From assembly GCA_030704615.1 (NCBI GenBank), contig CM060733.1, positions 59,148,001-59,212,000 of the forward strand: DNA of 64,000 nt. The letters run 5' to 3'. Positions 49,369 to 59,838 of this stretch are shown in pieces (position 1 is the first letter of the stretch; each line of letters opens with the position of its first letter). Source of the DNA: Takakia lepidozioides (Eukaryota; Plantae; Bryophyta). The notes below the pieces were generated by a model. It was given only the letters and a program-made list of their open reading frames with translations. It did not search any database and had not been told where the DNA came from. Made by a program: the position numbers and the translations under genes.

Positions 49369-49640
49369 GCTCCAAAGGACTGCCTATGTACGTTTTGCGC
49401 AATGGTCAATCATGTATTGTGCGGGTATTCAAGCAAAGTTGGCCAAACAATTAGGACATGGGTTTCAGGAAGGAGCCAGGACGGAGCTGCCTCTGGTGTA
49501 GGAGTGAAAGGAATCTTCTTTTTGCAACCACAGTGAAAATTTAGCTGTTGGATTTGGACTCATCACCACATCTGTGTGATGCCTATCCACTTCACCAAAA
49601 GCCTTAGGGTACCTCGTCACTGACACACCACTACCAGCAA
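49369..49640 (+). pseudogene. Degenerate E2/E+/DYW deaminase remnant
   Basis: MGFRKEPGRSC (PG box, 49458-49490), KESSFCNHSENLAVGFGLITT and KSLRVPRH*H (compare HSEKLA and KNLRVCxDCH), with deletions and frameshifts. Confidence 0.8.
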
Positions 49641-51126
49641 AAAATGTTGGGTGGCTTTGGGGTTGTTCGTAAAGATGAGTGGGTACAATCAGCGAGAACG
49701 TCAAATACTGTCTGGTAGAATGGCCAGAACTGAGTGTGCTGTCTCCAGGTTTGATACAGCTATGAATCACCACATTTTTCTGCCCTTTTTGACACTACTA
49801 GGTCAGAAGTCAGAACCACTCTTCAAGCAGGACCCAACTCACATACCCAGCAAATGATGTGTACTGTAAGCAGCTACAGAAGCAGAGGGAAATACAGACA
49901 TGCCTCTCAGCAAAAGATCTGAATATCTCTCTTCAACAAAAGCAATCCTTTTTGGTTGGGTGCATTGGTGGGCTGCTTGAAGCCACTTGGGAATCCCCAG
50001 CTCCTTGCCCGACCCACATCCAAGTTCATCTCCCAGACTGTTGCTTGAAATTGTGTAAGGCCATACCCACAACGACCACCACTTGCTGGATGGGGTTTCT
50101 TGTGTGGTTGAAAAAAGCACATGTATCATTAAAAATTGAATTTCTGTCAGCTGCTTAGAGCAATGAGCAGACAAGTCACGGACAATCTGAGTGATTGCAT
50201 AGGATGTGTGGACAATTTTGCAGATTTTTTGAGGAACGGTACACAGCAAGACTGAGAAGTCATGATTTATAGCTGGCTACTAATCTAAGTTTCAGCAGAC
50301 TTGTTCGGGCTTTCCAGATTTCCGATAGAAAACCCTTTACATATTTGTCAAATCATGCATTTGATTGAGGTGTTCCCAACAAGCAGGAACCACACATTGT
50401 TAGAGTGTGGCAACTTCAAAAACTCCTCCTTTCCTGCATCTATATGGTTCAACCTCGTCACTGCTGTTACATTCCAAGGTCGCCCACCCTGACATACTAC
50501 TTGCCAAGGGCCTCCTTATCTCCTCAAAACCAATACCCAACTTATGGTGTCACTTCTAATGAAGCCACTTTAACCCTTAAATGCCCAGCAATCATTTTTA
50601 GTAATCTTTTTTATTTTTTCCCAAAAACTGAGCACAAAAAGGTGAGTCATTTCTGGAAAAATGACAATTTTAAAATTCTGACCGCACTTTACGTGCATAC
50701 CTACTGACGGTACCTGCTGCATGGAATCAGGTGAAAATCATGAAAATGCCACAGTTGAAACCCATTAGTTTCTATGAAGGCTGGATTCCGACATGCTTGT
50801 TTTTGGGCATGGATGAATGACAACATGGATGAAGCAGGATGGTTATGCTCGTTAAGTGTGACGGATGACGCACGAGTGTAGCAGGATGAACCTCATAGTT
50901 AGTCCTAGATGGATGAAGATAGTGTAGCCGTGACGTACTAAGCGCCGGTACAGCAGCTAGCTGTATTAAGTTAGAATTGTCTTTAGTAAACAGTTAGAAT
51001 ATGATTAGATTAGGTGATGTGGCATGATTGTGTGGCCTAGCTGGGACGGCATCTGGCTGGCCAATGACGGGCCGTTTGCCCAAGATACTTAAGTGCTATA
51101 TAAACCAATATGCTCATGCAAAATGG

Positions 51127-52330
51127 ATGGCCTCTCATGTTGTTCCAAAGGTCACGCCTGAACTGAACTTTGAATTGACGTTTTTACATGAGTTGGGAAC
51201 CCGCTTGAGGGAAGATATTTGTATGTACACTCATTTTCATGCAAGTGCACCTTGGACAATGGAAGAAATAGTGCTTGATACACCCTCTGACCGTTGGGTT
51301 GCTCAATTTGAGGCTGAGGCCGCGGAGGAGGCTACGAATCAGTGCAGGTTCCGTTAAGGGGGAAATTTAAATGTGCCCTGGAGTGTAAGTGAGGAATTGT
51401 AGCGTATAGCGGCTCAGAAACGAGAACAAAAACAGAAGGTAGAGTAGGCTCTTCAAGGGGCCTGGGCTGGGAAGCTTCTGAAGGAATTACATGCGGAGGA
51501 AATTGCCCAAAGAATTCTTTTTTCTGTGCTCAAGGAACGCATGCGTGTTGGTGAGCTGTTTAGCTGGGCTGGGGCTGGCGTGCCAAGTTCACTGTGTCTC
51601 GTGAGATTGGCCGAGACCTGGAAAGTTTTTCATACCCCAACAAGCCCAGTCCTCTAAGGCTGTGGGAATTCATCAAAGGGGGTACTGCAATTGTATTTGT
51701 CAATCTACGCTTGGTTTATATTGCGGCATCCGACCCTACCAGGGAAGAAGTTGTGGTTGGTGTGCTCTCACAGCGTTTCTCCCATTCTGCTATAGACATT
51801 GTCATCTTTCCTGGCAAAAACTTCAAACACGAACGGATAGGGCTCACCCAAGTCGCAAAAGCTGCTGAGTACCCTCCCCACACATTCATTGTCAAAGAGT
51901 TGTCCGTACTGTGATGAAGGTTTTTGTTTGGCTCAAGTCTGACCAGGAAGTTTGGAAGCAGTTGGGGGAAGCAGTCTACCTTCTACCCAAACACAAGTAC
52001 ATCAGCAGCCATTGTGTGACTAACTGGGAAGATTACGTGCAAGCTCATTTTGATAGAAGGTAAGCTTAAACCCCTCCCATGCCAGTCTACACTAGGTCTA
52101 TGTTGGACAAGGAGGCCGAGGAAATGGTAGTTGGTCTGAGTGAATTAGAGGCCCGCCGAGACCGGGAAATGGCTGTTGAACAGCACAAGGACACCCAAGG
52201 TGAGACCTCCACTAGTAATGTTAAGGTTAATACAGAGAAAACATAGTGCCAGATTCTACTTTAGATGTAGAAGAGCTCTGCGAGGCCATGGATGTGGTGT
52301 CCAACTGTCCACCTTTAAATGAAAATGTTG
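51127..52330 (+). pseudogene. Decayed intronless ORF of unknown family, probably TE-borne
   Basis: TATATAAA at ~51097 and ATG 51127. About 400 codons of protein-like text broken by isolated stops and frameshifts. Confidence 0.4.
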
Positions 52331-52360
52331 ATTCAACAAAACACCCGTGTGTCTACTCCC

Positions 52361-55300
52361 TGTCAAGGACGAGAACATGAAATCATGGTAGATCATGGTA
52401 AATCATGGTAAATCATGGTAACTTTCGGTAACTTGATAACTTCTGGTATTTACTCCTGGTAAGTTCCTATGGGCTATGTCCGTGACATCACCCCCTCCTC
52501 TAGCGCCGAGTTCCTCGAGGAACGGTAAAATCTTGGACTTGCTTAGAGTTGGAGAAAATCCAAAATCCGACGAATGGTACTTGCCAAGTATTCGGCTCTT
52601 CGTTCTTGACTCAAATGATTTATAGGTCTCTGCAACCATCGATAGTGTCCAACACCTTGAACTTAGGACCACGTAGTAATTTGAGCATTCTGATTTTCGA
52701 AGCTGCTTTCAAACATGATTTTGTTGCCCTCTGGGTCGGAAGCCTCAACCTCCAACAGAATTATCAGACTTCAAGTAGGCTTCACTTGCCGTCGTACGGG
52801 GTCCAGACGAGGAAGTACGCGTCGCATTGGTGGCCCATCGTCTCGAGAGCGTCGGCGTGATATTGAAGATCGTGAGAGTCGGAACGGCTGATCTGGTAGT
52901 TGGGTAAGCGACAACTCCAATGTATCTGGTTCTTGTGACTCCATGCTGCCAATACAAGATGCAAGAACGCTGGAAGTGTAGCTATATATACTGATGTGTG
53001 GTGTTCTTCTCTCCTTAGCGTGTATCAGGTACATTGAATGTGGAGTCTTCTCCTTGAAGCTAGCTTGGCTGACATCATCGTTGTGACGTCTCATTGACGT
53101 GTAGCTCAGGGCTTAGCTGGATATCGTTGATGAAACTCTTAGACTTTGTCAGATGCATTGACGAGGTTGGATGACGGTTCCCACGTTCGTTCGCTGATGT
53201 CGTAGCATTTCCAATGTACGAAATACTCAAGACGTTTATACTTGATGCGAGAGTCTAGGACTTCGTCGACTTCATACTCAATTTCCTGATTGACTTCGAT
53301 TGGTGGAGGTGGTACGGAAACTCTCCGTGGAATATTCGATGGATAATACAACTCCAATAATGAAACATGAAAAACTGGATGGATGCGCATACTTCGTGGG
53401 AGTTCAAGCCGAAAATTGACCGGATTTATTTGTCGAATAATTTTGAATGGTCCCAGGCGTTTATAATCCAACTTCTTTGATGGTCGCGAGGTTTGTATGT
53501 CCCGTCGAAGAAGCCACACACGATCTCCGACCTTGAACTGGGGTTGGAGTTGACGACGTTGATCTGCATACTCTTTGTATTGTTTTTGAGCTTCTGCGAG
53601 GTGGGATGTAAGCTCCTTGTGAATCGTAGCAAGATGAATAGCAAGGTTTTCTACAGCAGGGCTTCCAACAGTTTTCATGTGGAAAAGGTTTGGTCGAGGA
53701 TGACGACCATAATTGGAAAAAAAATGGAGTTTGTTTGGTCGAAGAATGTATAGTGTTGTTGTAGGCAAACTCAGCCAATGACAGAAGGTCAGTCCAACTA
53801 TCTTGGTGATAATTTATTGTACATCGAAGATACTGCTCCAAAATCTGGTTTGCACGTTCAGTTTGACCATCAGTCTGTGGATAATTAGTTGTAGAGAGAT
53901 TGATCTTAGTATCCAATATGTGAAATAATCCCCTCCAGAAATTTGATATGAACGGTGGTCCTCGATCAGATACGATGTCATTCGGGAGTCCATGAATACG
54001 GTAGATATTATTGAGGAAGAGTCTTGCAGTTTCCTCGTCGGTCGCTCTAGCACACGTGTCGCAAGATTTTATAAATTTTTTGACGAGTTTCCACATCTGC
54101 GGCTACCAATAGTCCCTGGATATCAACTCCAATGTTTTGTTGAAGCCGAAATATCCTGCAGCCGGAAGATCATGACATGTTTGAAAAATTCGAAGTCGTG
54201 TAGGTCCTGGAGGTACATAAAGAAGTCTCTTGAAGTAAACTAAATCATCTTTGAATTCGAAGTCGTTTGTAACATGTGGGTTGTCTCGAGGTTGATTTAG
54301 TTGACTTCATAGTATCGTAGCAAAATGGTCGCTCTTTAGTGCTTCTTGAATCTCTTTTATGATCTCTGCATCGTCATAGGTGGACATGGATAGCATATTC
54401 AATTGAAGATTTGCTGGTTTCAGGATGATAGATTTTTGTTTGTCAAAAGCTGCATCCCCTTCTTTTGGCGCAAGATACGATCGTCAAGAGAGAGCATCTG
54501 GTTTTCCTTGAAGATGTCCGGGATGCTAGGTAATAACAAAATCAAACCTTGCTAGTAACATATTCCATCTCGATTGACGTCGATTCAAAACACGAGCACT
54601 CATAGAATATTTGAGGTTTTTGTAGACAGTGACCTGATGTTCAGCTCCCTCCAATAGATGTCGCCACTCCTCAAAAGCATCGATAATCGCTAGAAGTTCT
54701 TTGTCATGGATTTCATAATTGATCTCCACAGCGGAAAATTTGCGAGAACGAAAACCAACAGGGTGAAGTCGACCATCTATACCGTATTGAGAGAGTACCG
54801 CGTCAAGTGCAAAGTCCGATGCATCTGCTTCTAAGAAGAATGGTTTAGATGGGTCTGCATGTACCAGTATGGGAGCCATTGTAAATGTCTGCTTCAGCCT
54901 TTCAAATGTCTGGTCAGCCTTCTCGTCCCATACAAATTTGTCCTTCTCTGTGAGTCGTGTCAATGGTGCAGCAATTTTGGAGTAGTTATTGATGAAAATT
55001 CTATAGAAATTTGCAAAGCCCAGAAAATATTGTACATCTCGGACCGAAGTTGGTTTAATCCACTCGATGATGGTTTGTATTTTCTTCTGATCCATAAAGA
55101 CGTCTTTGTCGGAAATAATGTAGCCCAGAAATTCGACCTCAGATTGATGGAAAAGACATTTCTCCAACTTGGCATATAGTCTTTTTTCTCTTAATTTATG
55201 AATGACAAGGCGTACATGGCGGCCATGTTCTTCTTCATTCTGTGAAAATATCAAAATGTCGTCCAAATAGATGACTACATTCCGCCCAATCTATAACTTA

Positions 55301-57783
55301 TCACAGACGGAGTTGGCTGCATTACGTGAATACATTGATGAAAATTTGTCGAATCACTTCATCCGACATTCAAAATCACCCGTGGGGGCGCCTATCTTGT
55401 TTGTGAAAAAGAAGGACGGATCATTACGCATGTGTGTTGACTATCGCGGTATCAACAAAATCACAATCATAGAATCGGTTATCCGTTGCCGCTGATTTCT
55501 GGGCTTCTCGACCAGCTGGGACAAGCGAAGATTTTCACCAAAATCGACTTGAGATGAGCTTATAACCTTGTACGGATAAAAGAAGGAGACGAATGGAAAA
55601 CAGCTTTTCGAACAAGGTATGGACATTTTGAATACAATGTTATGCCTTTCGGTCTTACAAATGTTCCAGCAATTTTCCAATATATGATGAATGACATCTT
55701 TCGAGAATTTTTTAAATGACTTGGCTCCTTCTTATAACTCAATTGCACAGTCATAAGGTCGATGTTCTGGGAATATTTCTGCATTTTTCTTTTCGAAGAC
55801 ATCTTTGAAATCTTGATATTGAGCGGGTAATGTTGAAGTACATTTGTCTGTTGTGGTCTTGATCGGAGTCGCATAAAGTGCAAATGCCGCCTCATTTTTT
55901 GTAGCTCTTATGAAAGCTCTAGCTCCAAGGAATAAGGATTGAATACCTTTGATATTTCTACATTTTTGTCTTGGAGAAATTTTTCGCGATCGCCAATCGA
56001 TGTCGGGATTGTGAAGTACGAAGCAGGGAAGTCCAAGGATCACAGGATTCGTTGAAGACTGGATGACATTGAAAACAATATGTGATGCTTGATCTTTAAG
56101 CTTCACTTCAAGTGATCGAGTTTCATGGTACACATTTCTTGATGCTAATGGTCGTCCATCGATGACTTCAACGGGGGCCGAGAGTTTCTTCTTTACGAAC
56201 GTTAAATTGTTTTGTTTCGCAAAGTTTTTGTCCATAAAACAAGCTGAAGCTCCTGAGTCCAAAAATGCTTCTACAGTGATATCTCGATTTTGCACTCTGA
56301 TTTTTATCGGAACTGTGAAGCAAGGTGTAGGGTCTGGACGTAGAAAGAGACCATTTTTCGGTAAGGAATTTGTGGTGTCCAGCCGCATGATCCCTACTGT
56401 GACTGGACATCTTCGTTTTCCAACCTCCTCGTATCGAACACTTGAGTTGAGCCCCGAGTTTTGAATCTTCTCTTGTTGGGGTAGTTTAATGCTATGTGAT
56501 CTTCTTCTCCGCAATAGAGGCATAATCCACTCGAGCGTCATCTTTGTTTATCTTGTGGCGTCAATGGCTTGAATCGAACAACATCAATCTGCATAGGATC
56601 ACTACTGGATGTCTGATGGGTCGTTGTGTTTGGTGTCGTAGTAGTAGTGGCATGATGCGTCGTAGACCATCCAGATCACGGTGCAAACCAAGATAGGGCA
56701 GTGCCTGACAGAATGGTGCCCACGAATCCCACTTGAATACCTTCATCGGGATAGCGTTGTGGATGTAGTCGTAGGAACAGTCGTACTTGTTGAACAAAAC
56801 TGCGAAATCTTGATCTCGTCCCATCAAATTTCTCGGGCATGTTAATCTTTGGTTCTCTCGTAATCTGTTGAAGAAGAACCGTTGCAATAGGAGATGTTGC
56901 AGTAGGGACTTGTATGGTTGAAGATCGATTGTTCAACTCCTTTTAACTCTGAAATTTGTTGTTGCAAATTGTGGAGAGCGTTGCCAAGATCTTGAGACTG
57001 ATCAGCTTGCAATTGGGCGGTAGATGCATGAAGTTCTTGCATCTGGAGTTGAAGACTCTGTAATGTGGTGACCATTTCTACAAATGTGCCTTCCATCTTA
57101 ACTAACTAAGGAACAAACTTTAGTCTCGCCAAACTGTCAAGGACGAGAACATGACAGAACACAAACAAAAGATCAGACTAGAGGTACAAGACTAGACAAG
57201 AAGTCAAGGTCGGCGTGGCCGAATGCATGGTAGGTGAACATGAATCAAGATGATCTTTATAACAATGGACAAGAGTACAAACTACTGGAACTCGACTCGG
57301 ATACTGGAATGCTGGAAACTGGACTGGAATACCAGATACTGGAAACTGGACTGGATACTGGAAGCTGGACTGGAGTACTGGACTTGGAACAAGAGTAGCT
57401 TGAACTTATGTTGGCGAGACTGAAGAGTGTCCAGTCTCGCCTCCTATATATACTGGCTACTAAGAAGCTTCCCCAAGAAGCTTCCCCTATGGAGGTTTCT
57501 TGCTGGAGAAGTTTCCAAGATTAAATAAAGGTTTCTTGATAGAGAAGCTTCCTCAAACAAAAGAGGTATCTTGATGGAGAAGTTTCCTCCAAAGGAAGCT
57601 TCTTGAGTAGTTTCCCAAGTTACTCTTGGTAATTTGGTAAACTCCCGATAACTTGGTAAGTAATGGTAAATCATGATAGATCATGATAAATCACGATAAG
57701 TCATGATAACTTTCGGTAACATGGTAACTTGGTAACTTTTGGTATTTACTCCTGGTAAATTCCTCTGGGCTATGTCTGTGACA
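52361..57783 (-). mobile_element. Tcn1-like Ty3/gypsy chromovirus, degenerate, with internal inversion and deletions
   Basis: 5' LTR 57135-57783; internally deleted 3' LTR 52361-52487; PPT gaggagggggtga. gag (EPKINMPEKFDG), PR (FLDSGAS), RT, RH (EADASDFA..YEIHDKELLAI), IN, chromodomain (YEVDEVLDSR..YFVHWK). The flanks do not form a TSD. Confidence 0.93.
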
Positions 57784-59821
57784 TTACCTCTGGAAGTGAG
57801 TCCGAAGTTCGTATCTCCGTATGCGGGACCTTTTCGCATCCGGAAGGTTATGAATGAGGATGTGTATGAATTGGAGCTGCCGGCAAACAGCAAGGTGCAT
57901 CCGGTATTCCACGTCTCCCTTTTGAAGCCTTACTTCAAAGATGAAGCGCGTCCAAATCGGCATCAAGTATTGCGTCCGCCACCTGTGTTGTTGGACCATG
58001 AAAATGAACCTGAGTACGAGGTGGAGGCAGTGCTTGAGTCGAGGAGGTTCAAGAATCGAGAAATGGAGTATCTCGTGAAATGGAAGGGCTATCATATTGT
58101 AGAGGCATCTTAGGTGTGTGCTTCAGAAATGGGAAACGCATCCGAGGCGATTGCAGCTTTCGAAGGACGACCTCAAAAGCGAAAAAAACGTTGATGGGGA
58201 CATCAACCTCGGAGCGTGGGGGAGGAAATCCATGCTTAGCCCGGCTTAGCTAGCTCAGGAATCCGATTGCAAAAACTTGTATTGTATAAATTTTGTTATA
58301 AATGAAATGGTTCCCAAATGTTGTACTTCCTATTTTGTTTGGAATGGTGATGCATGGTTTGTTTGGCTAGTGTGTAGAATGCATGCTAGCTTACAAAGTG
58401 GGAGAGGTAAATTGGATTAATTGTGTGTTTGCGTAGTGCCGAAATCGGGTGACTCACATCCAAGAGGCAAGGAAACTTGCACCTTCTTTGGGAGTTCACG
58501 TGCTAGTGCGCACCTGGCACGTGCGCGTACTATAACTGCGCAACCAAGGGGGTTGCCTTGTAGTGCGGGCTAACGCGGAAGCTACGTGCTTCCGTTCACG
58601 TACTATAATCGTGTAGCTTCGGGACGAAGTCGTAGTGCGGCTTCGGCGTGTTCCCGTACCTCAAGCCAACATTCCAAGGCGGACCCAATTGTAGTGATTG
58701 GGGCGCACGGTTGGTTCAAGGTTATCTTCCTAGTCAAAAAGGGTTCAAGGTGAACCCTTGCTCAATGTGATGTCAAAAGCGGCATCACGAGCGGTCGCAA
58801 GCAATGTTGTTACAGTAAGGCGATTCGATCCTCGGGGAGGATCGTTCCTTGGCCTTGAAGTGGGCCAAGAAGAGTGCACTGGGAGGAGCTTGAGAGGCTC
58901 CACCCTTGGCCGGGACTTGGAGAAAGTCGGCCGAACTAGCTAGTGGAGAGTAGAGTCAGGTGTGGGGTTTGGTTCTTTGCCATGGGACGTCATGGTGCGG
59001 AAATAAACTCCTTGATGTGGGACGCCACAACTTGGATGTTCGTTTCTACAAAATGGACAAGTCGATGAGGATATCAACTCCCTATTGGTAGGGGTGTGTG
59101 TCGCGGCCCTTTGCCTTGAGGGCAGGGGGTCGGGACACAGAGGGGCTGCCCCTGTAGTGGGGGCGGTGGCAGCAATAGTACGGGGGGCTGAAGCACCCTT
59201 GAGTGCCCAAGGCACTCAAGGAGGCGGAGGCGCTCACTAGGTGGAGCCCGCATACCGGGTTGCGGTGGGGGTGACTCCACAAGGGGTGGAGGTAGCTTAG
59301 TGGGACTTAGTGGGGGTGGCATAGGACTCACCATGGGGCGGAGACCTTGTGGTGGGAGTCGTGGTGAGTCTTGGGACTCACCACGGTCCAATGGGGCCGT
59401 GGTGGGTGGGCCAAGACTCACCGCGACTCATCACTGGGAATCGAGGGTCTTTGTGGTGGTTCGCCATAAAATGGCATGGTTGTTTGTGAAACCCCCGCGG
59501 ACAGTCACAGAAGTATATATAGGGAGTAGTAACCCTGAGAACGGTGCAAGCCCGTTGGTGACTAAAAACTAGTGAGTAAGCGAGCAAGCCGGAAAGCAAC
59601 TAAGAAGTGGGGAGCTATTCCGGACTGCCATCTACCAAAGGGAATTTCCACTAGCGCGAAATTGGTGGTGGGTCTGTTGGGGGAGAAAAAGGAGACCGTT
59701 ATGTCCCGGTGAGCAACCGAAGCTCCGAGTTGGCCCGGCGGCCAGGTTGGGAGTTAAGCGTGTGCATCAAAGTCAGTAACTATGACTTGAAGGGGAACTT
59801 ACCGAAGTGAGGTGCACGACA
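57784..59821 (+). mobile_element. 3' half of a second Galadriel-like copy (IN C-terminus, chromodomain, 3' UTR, LTR 59099-59821)
   Basis: Reverse-complement homologue of 14421-16460; EVSPKFVSPYAGPF...YLVKWKGY. Confidence 0.95.
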
Positions 59822-59838
59822 ACTAGTCTGGTATGTAT

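Noticed and set aside
49369-49640. U-to-C (DYW:KP) type deaminase
   Set aside because: The remnant shows a canonical KEPG box and HSE motif, which is the C-to-U type.
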